The notes under the pieces: generated by a model | What the model was told of the DNA's origin: nothing | Seen by the model: only the letters and a program-made list of their open reading frames with translations | The model's database searches: none | Translations under genes and position numbers: made by a program | Shown here: in pieces, positions 41,862-53,655 of the stretch | Numbering within the stretch: the stretch's first letter is position 1 | Layout of the letters: each line of letters begins with the position of its first letter | From: Nitrospirota bacterium | GTDB taxonomy: Bacteria; Nitrospirota; Thermodesulfovibrionia; Thermodesulfovibrionales; UBA9159 | DNA length: 64,000 bases | Reading direction: 5' to 3' | NCBI GenBank assembly: GCA_963699545.1 | Contig: CAVOUE010000003.1 | Span: 96,001-160,000, forward strand

Positions 41862-42565
41862 GGATTATCCTCGCTCTTCTTGTATACAAGCAGGTTCAGA
41901 AAACACCAGTGGGGAAAAGGGAGGAGAAGATTCAAGAGATCATAAAGCCACTGATACCTGTATGGATACTTTTGAATACGCTTATACACTACAGGCAATG
42001 TTGGAAAAAACCCTTTCTTTTTTTGTAAAAGGAAACCGTTTTTCAAAAATACGTTTAAGAATTCTATTATTGGTCTGTCCCCTGGATGCTTTTCCACAGA
42101 GGCTGTTCTTACAAGTTTGCCCTTCAATAGAAATCCTATCCGCGAAGCCAGATGAGCTAAATTTGGGATTGAAACTACTAAAGTTCCACCAGCTCTAAGT
42201 ATCCTGAATATCTCTTTAATCGCGATCTCCTGTTTTTCAATTGAGATGTGTTCTAAAACATCAAGAAAGAGGACCACGTCAAAACTTTTATCCTGGAATG
42301 GCAGGGACAAGGCGCTTCCCTTCACCACTATATCTGAAGAATAGTTTTCATCTATTCCCATAACATTGGAGAAGCCATTTCTTAACAGTTCTTCAACAAA
42401 TACACCTTCCCCGCATCCAACATCCAGGAGCGCAGCATCTTTTGGAAATCTGGAAAGAACGGTAGTGACAAAGCTTGTCTTGGAAATATACAGCGGATAA
42501 TAAGACCATTCCTTTGAAAGGCACTTATGATAATCCCCTCTGTCTTTGTATTCGCCGGACTTCAA
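41858..42565 (-). CDS. Class I SAM-dependent methyltransferase
   Basis: LDVGCGEG, LPFQDKSFDVV, DVLEH. Confidence 0.9.
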   Translation of the reverse strand: MKSGEYKDRGDYHKCLSKEWSYYPLYISKTSFVTTVLSRFPKDAALLDVGCGEGVFVEELLRNGFSNVMGIDENYSSDIVVKGSALSLPFQDKSFDVVLFLDVLEHISIEKQEIAIKEIFRILRAGGTLVVSIPNLAHLASRIGFLLKGKLVRTASVEKHPGDRPIIEFLNVFLKNGFLLQKKKGFFPTLPVVYKRIQKYPYRYQWLYDLLNLLLPFPHWCFLNLLVYKKSEDNP

Positions 42566-43706
42566 TTTTGCTCCTCTCTGCGTTCAACGCGCGTATTTAA
42601 AAGCTTCTTCACCTCCTCAAACACCTCATCCACGGTAATCAGTTTCATGCAGTAGGGGTTAACGCACCTTTTTGAGACACACGGATCGCAGGGCCTGTCC
42701 TTTTTTATGACCCTGTGGAGATGCAGGTCCTGGAGGGGCCCTACTCCCCAGGAGTTCGTGGGGCAGAACAGGGATACGGTCTTTGTCTGTAACGCGATAG
42801 CGATGTGCATCGCACCGGTATCATTCGTCACAAGGAGATCCATCTCCTTTACCAGTGCCCTCAATTGCCGCAAGGAGAGCTCCCCGGCTGTCGATACTAC
42901 ACGCCCTCCCATTTCCCGGGCTACGAAAGAGCAGAGGATCCTTTTCCCCGCTTGCACCGGTGAGGATGACCGGGATAGAAGGGTTGTATTCATGGATTCT
43001 CCTGCCAAGTTCCGCGAACCGCTCCTTTGGCCATTCCTTATATGGCGATGCTGCGCCCACCTGGAAGCCCACGATCCTCTCTCCCCGCTCGATCCCCTTC
43101 CTTTTGAGATAATCAAACAGAGGGTCTCGTTCCTCTTCCTCTGCTATAAGCACCATGGTCCTGTTGTTCTCCCCTGCAACCGACAAGGGAAGCCGTTTTG
43201 AGCCTCACCTCGATGGCATGGTGGTCCCAGGGGTTGCGAAACCCGTTGTCCCTGTTGCTCAGAAGGAACCCATACTCTTTTGACATGGGGATCTTTACAA
43301 TGAACCTTGCACCCGAAAGATAGGCCATGGGGGTGGCCTGGGGCTCATTCCCGTGAAAGATCAGCACGAGGTCCAACTTCTGTCTCCGGAACCTTCTGAC
43401 AGTTTTCAGAAACTTCCTGTATCCCCCATAGTACGGTATGACTCCCCTGATGTGGGGGTTATTTTCAAAGAGTTCCTTGTTCTTTTCGTTGAAATGGGCG
43501 ATGATGTGTGCGTTCGGATACCGTTCGCTCACCGCCCTGATGGCAGGGGTCGAAAGGAGAGTGTCCCCTATGGCCGTTGAGGAGACCACCAGGATATTCT
43601 TAACGTCCTCCGGCTCAAAGTGGTTCAGGTCGGTTTCTCTGCGATCCAGAGATTTCAGGAGCCTCACCGTGCAGAAAAGCAGACCGTCAATAGGATGCAT
43701 TCTCAT
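42562..43706 (-). CDS. GT9 heptosyltransferase, frameshifted
   Basis: STAIGDTLLSTP, KEWP and NDTGAMHIA across three ORFs. Confidence 0.85.
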
Positions 43707-44488
43707 TTTTTCCTCGTGGCAAGATAGAGAAAGGCAAGGATCGGGTTTGTATAGAGGAACATCCTTTTCTCGAACCATTCCCTCCTGTCTTTCACCACAA
43801 TCCTCTTGACTGAAAAGGGGTCAGAGCCGGCCTTCACGACGCCATGGTCTGTGGTATAGAGAGCTCTATAGCCCACCGCCTTTGCCACCTGCACCGCACC
43901 GTGAGTGTACTTCCCGTATGGCCAGCAGAGGAAGGGACACGTCCTCCCCAGGTTCTCCTCCATAATCTGCTTCGATTGCCCCAGTTCCTCGAAAAGCTCC
44001 CTTTCAGATAACTGGTCACATTTCCTGTGGCTCTTTGTATGGGAATAAAACTGCACCAGACCGCTCCCCGCCATTTCCTCCACGAGCTTCCAGTTCAGCG
44101 CCACCCTGCATGCCTCTCCCTTTTCGATCAAAGCCTTCGATTCATTGTGAGTGGGAACATAGTCCGGAAGGGATACCATCCTCCCTGACGCCCTTTCGAT
44201 CCGGTCGGTGACGATGAAGACGGTAGCATTGAGGTGGTTCTTCTTCAGCACGGGAAAGGCGTAGAGATAATTGTCAAGCCAGCCGTCGTCAAAGGTGATA
44301 ACCACTGCCTTCTGCTTCAGTGCCAGGTCCCCGTTCATATACTCGAGGAGTTCCGCTGCGGTCAGGGTTCTGTATCCGGACTCGCGGAGATGTTCCATCT
44401 GAGCCTCAAAGACCTCCGGGGTCACCGTCACCGTATCTCCGTGGTGAGGGTTCACGTGGTGGTACATCAAGACCGGGACAGGCCTCAT
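43703..44488 (-). CDS. Polysaccharide deacetylase family protein
   Basis: VLMYHHV, ITFDDG, SHTKSH, WPYG. Confidence 0.9.
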   Translation of the reverse strand: MRPVPVLMYHHVNPHHGDTVTVTPEVFEAQMEHLRESGYRTLTAAELLEYMNGDLALKQKAVVITFDDGWLDNYLYAFPVLKKNHLNATVFIVTDRIERASGRMVSLPDYVPTHNESKALIEKGEACRVALNWKLVEEMAGSGLVQFYSHTKSHRKCDQLSERELFEELGQSKQIMEENLGRTCPFLCWPYGKYTHGAVQVAKAVGYRALYTTDHGVVKAGSDPFSVKRIVVKDRREWFEKRMFLYTNPILAFLYLATRKK

Positions 44489-45579
44489 GGATTCTTTCCT
44501 CTGAGGAGGGAGAGATAGAGGGCATGGATCCTTTCACACATCCTTTCCACCGTGAAATGTTCAAGAACGATTTTTCGCCCCTCCTTTCCCATGTTTCCGG
44601 CCCGTCCTCTGTCTTTCAGCACGGTGACCATGGCCCCGGCCAGTGCAGAAGGATTATCAGGCTCCACAAGGAAACCGTTTATCCCGTCTTTTATGACCTC
44701 ACCCACGCCCCCCACGCTTGTGCCTATTACCGGCTTTTCCATGGCCATGGCCTCTATGAACGAGGTGCCCAGGGCTTCCTGGAGGGTGGGGAGCACGAAG
44801 AGGTCAAGAGACTTGAGAATATCCGGGATGTCCCTTCTCAGCCCCAGTATATGCACCTTGTCCTGTAATGCCAGCCGTTCGATTTTGCTCATGATATTCT
44901 TCTTTTGCGGCCCGTCACCTGCAAACACAAACACCGCCTCGGGTATCTCTCTCAGGACCAGGGGAATGGCGTCCAGGAGGATGTGATGCCCCTTCTTAAC
45001 CCTCATGATCCCCACCGTCCCTGCGAGGGGGACATCCCCTTCAAGCCCTAATTCCTGTCTCAGTCTACCTTCCGCATTCCCAGGGCTGAAATGGTCGACA
45101 TCCACCCCTGTGGGTATGGCAACCACCCTTCCGGCACTGACCCCTGCTCCAATGAGATAGCGCCTTACATATTCACTCACGGTGATCACACGGTGAGGCA
45201 AGAGGCTGTATGAGATCCTCGATGTTATGGGCATGGCCAGATGCCGTGTCCTCACCACCACCGGTTTCTTCCCCGAGATACGGCCTGCCACCCCGGCGAG
45301 GAAGCTGTCCCTGCCGCTGTGGGTGCTGATCACATCGATGGCCTCCGCTTTTATCAGCGTGAGAATGTACCGTATAGCGGGGAGGTCATAGCTTTTTCTC
45401 ATCCTGCACGTCCTCACCTCAAACCCTTCGGCCTCTGCCCTTTTCCCGAGGAGGCTCCCTGGCTGGCACAGGATGACGGCCCTTGCGCCGAGTTTCCTCA
45501 GTCCCATGGATTCGTGGAGTATCCTGTTCTCCTGGCCGCCCCAGCCCTTTGACGACTCTGTATGAAGTACGGTATACAT
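44485..45579 (-). CDS. GT4 glycosyltransferase
   Basis: GWGGQE, KKGH, EALGTSFIEAMA. Confidence 0.9.
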   Translation of the reverse strand: MYTVLHTESSKGWGGQENRILHESMGLRKLGARAVILCQPGSLLGKRAEAEGFEVRTCRMRKSYDLPAIRYILTLIKAEAIDVISTHSGRDSFLAGVAGRISGKKPVVVRTRHLAMPITSRISYSLLPHRVITVSEYVRRYLIGAGVSAGRVVAIPTGVDVDHFSPGNAEGRLRQELGLEGDVPLAGTVGIMRVKKGHHILLDAIPLVLREIPEAVFVFAGDGPQKKNIMSKIERLALQDKVHILGLRRDIPDILKSLDLFVLPTLQEALGTSFIEAMAMEKPVIGTSVGGVGEVIKDGINGFLVEPDNPSALAGAMVTVLKDRGRAGNMGKEGRKIVLEHFTVERMCERIHALYLSLLRGKNP

Positions 45580-46734
45580 TTATTTTCCCCGCCTTCTCAG
45601 TCTCTCTTCGATAACAGTCCTGACTTCATCCACAGATATCTCTTCAAGGCATCTGCTTATCTTACTCCCCTCGCATCCGTCGCTCCCGCAGGGAATACAG
45701 TCCTGTTCCCTCTGGATCACGGTGTGTTCTCCAAAGACCTGCGTGCCGTTCCTCCTGACATAGGGGTTCCATGACCCCGAGATCCGAACTCCGGACCTCG
45801 AACTCTCATTGTCCCACGGCCCCCAGTTGAAAGCACCGCTCGGCCCGAAGAGGGCGATGACAGGGGTTCCCACTGCAGCAGCGATATGCATCGGGGCGGA
45901 ATCGACCCCGAAGAAAAGAGAAGAGACTTCTGATACAGCTCCCAGCTGTTTGATCGTCGTCTTTCCGCACAGGTCAAGGAGCCTTTGATTCGGCGCCACC
46001 AGGGAAAGGATCTTCTTCGCCTTTTCCATTTCGCGCATCTCCGGCGATGAGGTGACGATCACAATGATATTCCTGCCCAGGAGCCATTCCATGATCTCTG
46101 CCATATATTCATCCTTCCAGCACTTGAACAGCCACCGTGACGTTGGATGGATATGCACGATGGTATCATGTTCCGTTACATTGTTCGTCCGAGGATTGCT
46201 CATCACATATGCCCTGTCTCCTTCAGGGATGTGAAAATTCACAGAAAGATCTTCCCGTGTTTATTCCGAACTGGCTGACCACATCAAGGTTCTGTAAGAC
46301 CATATGCCGATTCCCGCTCGGGGGTGGAGAGATGGGTATAGAGGCGCTTCTTTTCCCGATAAACCCCTTCTTGGGTCTCCACCCCAGTCTGTATCTCGCT
46401 CCTGAAACAAACGAGATAATTGCTGCCCGGTCACCTCCGGTGAGGTCAACGGTCATGTCAAACCCCTTGTCCCTGAGCCGTTTCAGGAACCCTATCTCGT
46501 TCAGATACCGCTCTCGCCGGCGACAGCCCTTTTATCGTCCTCTCGAAAAGCAGTATCTCATCGATGAGAGGATTTCCCTTGAGAACATCTTCAGTGCCGG
46601 AATTCACCAATGCCGAGATATGCGCATCCAGGGAAATTTCTCCCTCAGCGCCCTGAACACCGGGACCGTGAGAAGGACATCTCCGAGGTGACGAAGTTTA
46701 TTACGAGGATCCTCTGTATTCCCACAAAGTTCAT
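45580..46734 (-). CDS. GT9 heptosyltransferase (RfaQ-like), multiple frameshifts
   Basis: LRHLGDVLL, DLTGGDR, HPTSRWLFKCW, DSAPMHIAAA. Confidence 0.8.
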
Positions 46735-46836
46735 TTGTTCTTAATGTCCCTGAGATATGTCATCAGATGCAGTGAGACATGAGCGCTCATAATCCCGCCG
46801 ATAGTACGTGAGCAGACAATATCCTGCGCACCCAAA

Positions 46837-47961
46837 CTAACTATTATTTACCTTTTGGATCGTTTCTGTAAATTCCCTGACTGCCCTCTCGATGGGAAAT
46901 TGGTCTGCCTTCTCCCGCGCCCGCTCTCCCATGAACTTCAGATGCCCCACGGAACGATGTATCTTGTCCGCCAGTTCCGGCGGATCAGAGAGGGTCGGGA
47001 TAACATAACCCTTCCCTTCCGTTTTCGATGAGCTCAGCCGCACCGTTATTTTTTGTCGTGATCACCGGAAGCCCGGATGCCATGGCCTCCAGCGTGGCGT
47101 TGCTAAACGGGTCATAAAGGGTCGGGAGGACAAAGAGATCTGCCGCAGCGTAGAACTTCTCTATCTCCTTCCTGGGCGCCGAGGAAGATGATTCTCTCGC
47201 GGATTCCGCACTTGAACGGCGAGAACTCCATAGCGGCCCTCATCCCCTTTCCCGATCACCACCGCCCTGATATCCTCATCCTTAAGGAGGGACAGGGCAT
47301 TTATAAGGGTTCCCAGACCCTTTCTCTCGAAACCCGATCCCACAAAGAGCAGGAGTTTGCCATGCTCTGATACCGAAATCTCCTCCGCACCTCCTCACGC
47401 CACATCTCCTGTTTCCAGGAGTGAACCTCACAGGATCGACGCCGTTATATACTATCGTTATTCTTGTCTCCGGAACCGCATAGTGGTTCATGATCTGGTC
47501 CCTCACCATTCTCGAATTGGCAGATAATGAGCCCCGTATTCGAAAAGAGTCTCTTCTCTATGGAGAGCAATGCGCAAGATGGAGCGGGATTTATTCTAAA
47601 CGAGATTTTTTTGTAAACAGGCTCCACTCTTGACCGTATTTCGAGCCACTCTGCGTGACATCCTTCTCCCGCCCTGTAGATGTCCTGACAGGTTGTCCTC
47701 TCAAAGCTGATCACACAGTCAAACCCTGACGCGGTCGCCATCGCCTTTCTTGCATTCCTGTTGAACGTGACCACGGAGAGAAAAGAGCTGAGGGCACAGG
47801 ACATCCACCTTGTGGAAGATTATGCCCCTTTCTTCCGTCCATTGGTTTGCGAAGAGGTGAATTTCATGTCCTGCCTTTTTCAGATGTCCCATGAGGGTCT
47901 GGAGATAGCGCTCCGCCCCTCCGTGGAGAGAGAACCTCTTTTTTATGAATGCCAGTTTCAT
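46837..47961 (-). CDS. GT4 glycosyltransferase (RfaG-like), multiple frameshifts
   Basis: GGAERY, IYRAGEGCH, GSGFERKG and YDPFSNATLEAMA fragments. Confidence 0.8.
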
Positions 47962-48028
47962 ACGCAGCGCGAACGATGGCTGAAAGAGGAAAGGGACGTG
48001 TGATACAGGGCGGGCGGGCAAAGAATTC

Positions 48029-48778
48029 TTATACGACACCCCCTCTTCTTTTCTCCCAGATCTTTGCATACTTGAGAAAGGTATAGAAACTGTAGAGCCC
48101 GGCAAGGATGAACCCGTGCATGCCGTCCCTGAACCCCTGCCTCAGAAAAAACATCTTAATGAACACGGCAAAGGGATTGAGCACCATCGACATGAGGGGC
48201 GCATGCCTTTTATCGCCCAGTTCCTGTGTCGACAGGGTGGAATAGTTTTCCATCTTCCTTATGTAGTCGGAAATGGTCCGGTAGGTGTAGTGCTCAAGGG
48301 CCCCTTCAGATAGCCCACCGCACCATTCGACCACCACCTTCTCATGCACTTCCCGCGGTTCGATATGCGCTATGTCCTTCCTGAAAAGTCTCAGGATATA
48401 ATCAGGCCACCACCCGCTGTGGCGCATCCATTTGCCAAGGAAAAAGCTCTTCCTCGGCAGATAATAGCCGCTTATGCCGCCCTCCTGTATTCTTTCGGCG
48501 ATCTCTTTCTTCAATTCGGAGTGACCCGTTCGTCGGCATCGAGGATCAGGACCCACTGCTTCTCCGCACGGTCCACCGCCGTCTGCTTCTGCCTCGCGTA
48601 CCCCCTCCACTCCTGCTGATACACCCGGCTGGTATATTCCCTGCATGATGGCCAGCGTGCCATCAGTGCTGAAGGCATCCAGGACAACGATATCCTCAAA
48701 ATCCCTGACGCTCTCCAGCGCGTCCCTGATATTCGTCTCTTCGTCCTTTGTGACGATGACCACGGAAACCGGAATCAA
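48029..48778 (-). CDS. GT2 LPS glycosyltransferase (WaaE/KdtX-like), internal frameshifts
   Basis: VSVVIVTKDE, LDADE (alternate frame), WWPDYILRLF, VHE. Confidence 0.8.
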   Translation of the reverse strand: MIPVSVVIVTKDEETNIRDALESVRDFEDIVVLDAFSTDGTLAIMQGIYQPGVSAGVEGVREAEADGGGPCGEAVGPDPRCRRTGHSELKKEIAERIQEGGISGYYLPRKSFFLGKWMRHSGWWPDYILRLFRKDIAHIEPREVHEKVVVEWCGGLSEGALEHYTYRTISDYIRKMENYSTLSTQELGDKRHAPLMSMVLNPFAVFIKMFFLRQGFRDGMHGFILAGLYSFYTFLKYAKIWEKRRGGVV

Positions 48779-49571
48779 CGTGCCTCCCCCACAAGCAGTG
48801 CGTTCACCGACCCGATCTTCACCTTTGTCTTCAGCATCACGGGGATGCGCCTTTCATCGTCAGTCAGCCAGATGTATATCTCCCCTTTGCGGTAGAAGAT
48901 CCCTTCGGACTGCATAAGCGGTTTAACCACGATGGTATTAAATTCCCCCGCAGGTACTTCGACCTTCTCCTTTCTCAGCACCTGCACCTCGACATTCCAG
49001 ACCTTCTTGCTGTCAAAGACCGTCACATACACGGATTTGCCTACCTCAAGATGCTGTGTCCTGAGGAAGTAAAAGCTCGACAGGGGATCGAGAATGAAAG
49101 AGGGTACCTCAAACTCCTTCCGTTCGCTTTCCAGGTGATCGATATATGTCGCCTTTAATGCAGCGTGATCGAAGATCACCTCTTTGTTCTTGCGGTTCTT
49201 CCCCTCACGTATATTGAGACGGTAATTCACGGGCCGGCCGATCCCGGGGTCTTCTGGTTCCTCTGAAGCCTGGTCTCGGCGATATCATTCACCATATAAA
49301 AGACCGATATCCATCTAGCGGATCTTGCCGTGGACGTTATCGTGATATCGTCTCCGTTCTGCCGTATCGCGAGGGATGCCTCCCCCGCCTTGATCCCCGT
49401 CCAGGTGAGGTCATAGTTCAGGGTTTCCGGGATCTTAACGGAAAAGACTTCAGCAGCAAAAACACTCACGGGGCAGACGACGAGAATGAGCAGAAGAACC
49501 GCGCTCCTGAGAGATCTGAGAGTCACATGCCGCGGGGTACACCTATCGCTGTTTCTGAAAAGGGATAACAT
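48775..49571 (-). CDS. DUF3108-like protein, frameshifted
   Basis: ETLNYDLTWTGIKAG, DPLSSFY, VPAGEF, IWLTDDERRIPV. Confidence 0.75.
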
Positions 49572-49589
49572 CTTTTGTTATATTAATAC

Positions 49590-50331
49590 ATGAGGGTAAT
49601 TCCTGCAATAGATTTGAAGGCGGGCAAGTGCGTCAGGCTCCTCCAGGGCAGGGACGACGCGGTAACTGTCTATTCGGATGATCCGGTGTCAACGGCAATA
49701 CGCTGGCAGTCATGTGGCGCCCGGCTCCTCCATGTGGTCGACCTCGACGGCGCATTCACCGGCGATCAGAAGAACCTTGAAGCTATCAGCAAGATCCGTG
49801 ACGCTGTAGAGATGGAGATCGAGGTAGGAGGAGGGATAAGGGACCTGAAAAAGATGGAAGAACTTATCACCCTGGGGATTGACAGGATGATCCTGGGAAC
49901 TGTGGCCGTGGAACAGCCGGAGCTGGTATCCGAGGCATGCAGGAGAGTTCCCGGGACGCATCCTTGCGGGTATCGACGCCAGGGACGGAAAGGTCGCGGT
50001 CAAGGGATGGGTCGAAGTCACTTCAGTGGATGCAAAGACCCTGGCAAGAGAAGCGGAAAGAAAAGGTGTTGCCGGAATAATCTATACTGACATCTCGACG
50101 GACGGCATGATGACCGGACCGAATATGCGCGCAATGGAGGAGATGGTGAAGACGGTGAGCATCCCGGTCATAGCATCCGGGGGCGTATCTTCCCTTGAGG
50201 ATATCAGACATCTCATGGGGATACATGGTCTCTGGGGCGTGATCACCGGCAAGGCCATCTATTCGGGAAGTCTTGATCTGAAAGAGGCGATAAAGCTTGG
50301 GAGTCGTGAAACCGTGAGGAGCGAGACGTGA
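49590..50331 (+). CDS. hisA: HisA isomerase, frameshifted near 49945
   Basis: [29 protein letters not shown] and IASGG in the second frame. Confidence 0.93.
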
Positions 50332-50412
50332 AAAGCAAAGACACACCGAGAAAGAGTTTTCTCGTGCTCTTTACCCCTTGCTGTCCACGATTTACCCCAT
50401 ACTTTTTTTGAT

Positions 50413-51252
50413 ATGCTTGCAAAAAGAATAATTCCATGTCTGGACGTAAAGGACGGCAGGGTCGTCAAAGGGGTGAGTTTCGTCAACCTGCGGGACGCGG
50501 GGGACCCTGTAGAGGATGCCAAGTTCTATGATGAGCAGGGCGCTGATGAACTCATCTTCCTCGACATCACCGCATCCCACGAAAAGAGAAAGATCATCAT
50601 TGATGTGGTCGAAAGAACCGCCAATGATGTCTTCATGCCCCTCACCGTGGGCGGCGGGATAAAGAGCCTTGATGATATCAGGGACCTCCTTCGGGCAGGC
50701 TGTGATAAGGTCTCGGTGAATACCACTGCGGTGAAAGACCCCTTCTTCATCAAGAGGGCTGCAGAGCGGTTCGGAAGCCAGTGCATCGTGGTTGCCATAG
50801 ATGCCAAGAGAGTGACAGGGAACATGTCCGGGGCAACCGGTGAAGACTGGTTTGACGACCCTTCCCTGAAAGATGTCTGTCTGACGCTGCCCGCCCGTGA
50901 GCTGACGTGGGCCATCTCGACCCACGGCGGAAGAAAAATGAAGCTCATCGATGCCGTACAATGGGCGAAGAGAATAGAGGAACTGGGCGCAGGAGAAATC
51001 ATGCTCACCAGCATGGACATGGACGGGACAAAGGACGGTTATGACATAGAGCTGACCAAAGCGGTGTCAGAGGCGATCTCTATCCCCGTGATCGCATCAG
51101 GGGGTGCGGGGACCCTTGAGCACCTCTATGAAGGGCTTGTGCACGGGAAGGCGGATGCTGCCCTTGCAGCGTCCATATTTCACTTCAGGGAATACACCGT
51201 CAGGGAAGCAAAGGAATATCTAAGAGCAAAGGGAGTGGCGGTCAGGCTGTGA
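50413..51252 (+). CDS. hisF: Imidazole glycerol phosphate synthase cyclase subunit
   Basis: [32 protein letters not shown]. Confidence 0.97.
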   Translation: MLAKRIIPCLDVKDGRVVKGVSFVNLRDAGDPVEDAKFYDEQGADELIFLDITASHEKRKIIIDVVERTANDVFMPLTVGGGIKSLDDIRDLLRAGCDKVSVNTTAVKDPFFIKRAAERFGSQCIVVAIDAKRVTGNMSGATGEDWFDDPSLKDVCLTLPARELTWAISTHGGRKMKLIDAVQWAKRIEELGAGEIMLTSMDMDGTKDGYDIELTKAVSEAISIPVIASGGAGTLEHLYEGLVHGKADAALAASIFHFREYTVREAKEYLRAKGVAVRL

Positions 51253-51287
51253 TCGTAATGCGTCACCAGGGCACCAGGCCTTTGACA

Positions 51288-52388
51288 CTATGACACCTTG
51301 ACACGCTGACACTCATTCCGCTTTTCGATCCTGTGCTCTTCGATCAGTTCGCGGCCGGCAGGGGGCACAGTGATTGTCGCCGCGCTACCCGCGATGCTCG
51401 CTCCATACGGACTGTTCTCATCACGCTCCCTGGCCCTTCCGCCTGGAGCTCTGCGACCTCTCGTGATGGTCACTTCAACGAAGGGAAGATGTTTTGCATC
51501 CGAATACCGTGCACAGAAAGAGGCTGCAAGGGGAATAAAATGCCCGGAATCCGCGCCGCAGAGAAGCACCACCGGGCTTCCCACTCCTGCCACCCTGAAG
51601 AGATAACTGTCTGCAGCTGCAAAGGACTCTATGACCCCGTTTTCCTTCTCATCCCTGCCCACAATGGCCTTGCACGTAGGCGAGAGCCTGAAGTGTCTTC
51701 CCGCCCGGAGGAGATGCAGGTCATTAAGGGAAGGCTCAGGGGTATGGTCAAGGAGTTCACGCAACCTGAAGGAGAAGTTCGGCTCGGTAAGAAGGCACCC
51801 CCCGGCCGGTGCAGGGTAATCCGTCAATCCCAGTTCCTTCGCCAGGGCCATCTGGGGCCTTCTTGACCTGCCGCTGAAGTTATAGAGCAGTTCTCTCTTC
51901 ACGAGCCCTTCCCGTTCGGGCACGGTTTCATTGAAGAGTTGCGCGCTCAGGGGTCTCAGCACATATCCTTTCACGCCTGCGTCCCTGTCGATGATATTCA
52001 GCGTATCCCTCCTCTGGCTCATGGGCCTCTGGCCCAGTACCTCACCGGTAACAATAAAATCGGCACCGATCAGCCCCATGAGTTCCTTTGCCTCCCTGAG
52101 CATGAGGATCCTGCAGTCAATGCACGGGTTCATGTTCCTGCCGTGGCCGTATTTCGGATTCTTCACGATCTCGATGAACTCATCCGCCAGGTGTGAGAGC
52201 TTCACTTTAAACCCGAACTTCTCGGCGGCAGGATAGGGATTCTTCGAACACGAGGAACTGTCGCTTATATCGCAGCCGAAGTGCGTGAGGAACGTGACCG
52301 CTGTAATATCAATGCCTTGCCTCAGTAATACAAGGATCGCCAGAGTGCTGTCCAGTCCGCCAGAGAGCAATGCTATCGCTCTTGCCAT
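51288..52388 (-). CDS. PP-loop tRNA thiolation-type protein (ThiI/MnmA-like, DUF814-like C-terminus)
   Basis: SGGLDS, NPCIDC, GEVLGQRPMSQ, PAGGCLLT, GRHFRL. Confidence 0.8.
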   Translation of the reverse strand: MARAIALLSGGLDSTLAILVLLRQGIDITAVTFLTHFGCDISDSSSCSKNPYPAAEKFGFKVKLSHLADEFIEIVKNPKYGHGRNMNPCIDCRILMLREAKELMGLIGADFIVTGEVLGQRPMSQRRDTLNIIDRDAGVKGYVLRPLSAQLFNETVPEREGLVKRELLYNFSGRSRRPQMALAKELGLTDYPAPAGGCLLTEPNFSFRLRELLDHTPEPSLNDLHLLRAGRHFRLSPTCKAIVGRDEKENGVIESFAAADSYLFRVAGVGSPVVLLCGADSGHFIPLAASFCARYSDAKHLPFVEVTITRGRRAPGGRARERDENSPYGASIAGSAATITVPPAGRELIEEHRIEKRNECQRVKVS

Positions 52389-52427
52389 TTCAGCTGCCGT
52401 CGCCTTTCACGCCTCACTCCTCACACT

Positions 52428-53405
52428 TCACACCTTGCGCTTTGTGGTTTCTTTCAATGATTCGCCGATTTTCTCCGGGGTTACCACCGCAGCCCCCACC
52501 TCACCCACCACGATGCCCGCAGCATGGTTTGCGATGACCGCAGCCTCCTGCATAGACGCTCCGGAGGCACAGGCAAGGGTAAATGTTGCGATCACGGTAT
52601 CACCTGCGCCAGTGACATCATACACGTGCCTCGCCACAGTGGGAATATGGGTGATCCTGTTCTTCTCAAAAAGGCTCATCCCTTCTTCACCCCTTGTTAT
52701 CAGCACAGCCCCGCAGGAGAGTCTGCTCATGAGGGCCTTCCCCGCCTTGATAAGGGACATCCCGTCCTTTATCTCCACGCCCGATCCCTGGGAAGCCTCC
52801 ACAAGATTTGGAGTGATGATAGAGACGCCTTTATAGAAGTGAAAATGGCCCACCTTCGGGTCAACAGCCAGGAGCTTTTTCTGTGGCCTTGAAACCCGCA
52901 GGACCCCCTGAATGAGCTCATGGGACACCATTCCCTTCTTATAGTCGGACACGATGATCGCATCATGCTCATGGACGGCATGTTTCAGAAATCCTATGAT
53001 ATCCTCCATGACTTTTCCGGCGATCCTGCTCTTGTCCTCTTTGTCAAAGCGCACCACCTGCTGGTTATGGGCTATCACCCTCGTCTTCATGGTGGTCGGC
53101 CTTGAATCTTCGAAGAGTGCGCACCCAATACCCTTGTCTTCAAGGAGCTGCGCAAGGACCTCCCCTGCCCTGTCCTTTCCCGCCACCCCTGCCACGGTAA
53201 CATCACCTCCCAGGGAAATGATGTTGTTTGCCACATTGGCCGCCCCGCCGAGCATGAAGTTGTCGGCAGTGACCTCGACCACGGGAACAGGCGCCTCGGG
53301 AGAAATCCGGCTCACTTTGCCCCATATGTACCGGTCAAGGATGAGGTCGCCTATCACCAGTATCCTGCTCTTCTTGAAGTTTCTGAGAATACCCTCGAGT
53401 TTCAT
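52428..53405 (-). CDS. rfaE1: D-glycero-beta-D-manno-heptose-7-phosphate kinase (RfaE domain I)
   Basis: RISPEAPVPV, GGAANVA, SDYKKG, DVTGAGDT. Confidence 0.92.
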   Translation of the reverse strand: MKLEGILRNFKKSRILVIGDLILDRYIWGKVSRISPEAPVPVVEVTADNFMLGGAANVANNIISLGGDVTVAGVAGKDRAGEVLAQLLEDKGIGCALFEDSRPTTMKTRVIAHNQQVVRFDKEDKSRIAGKVMEDIIGFLKHAVHEHDAIIVSDYKKGMVSHELIQGVLRVSRPQKKLLAVDPKVGHFHFYKGVSIITPNLVEASQGSGVEIKDGMSLIKAGKALMSRLSCGAVLITRGEEGMSLFEKNRITHIPTVARHVYDVTGAGDTVIATFTLACASGASMQEAAVIANHAAGIVVGEVGAAVVTPEKIGESLKETTKRKV

Positions 53406-53498
53406 AATAAGAAAATACCGCACCTCACTCGAAAAAAGCAACAAATGGATTAGGGAAGTTACTGATCTTCAGGATTTTCCCCTTGATCAAGGCCGTGA

Positions 53499-53578
53499 TG
53501 TGAAGCACGGTCTCATAAAACCTGCGCGGCGCAACAGGAACCGGTTCTGTTCCGAGAACAATATCAGGGGCTCAGGTG
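53499..53578 (+). repeat. Degenerate ~80 bp copy of part of the downstream MerR-family gene
   Basis: AAGCACGGtCTCATAAAACCTGCGCGGCGCAACAgGAACCGGTTCTgTTCCGAGAAC matches ~53779-53835. Confidence 0.85.
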
Positions 53579-53655
53579 CAGCAGACATAAAGCTCAGGAA
53601 TGATTTTGCTTGATTTCTTAAGTAGCAGGTGTTTTATAATTAGCAGCACGAACAC

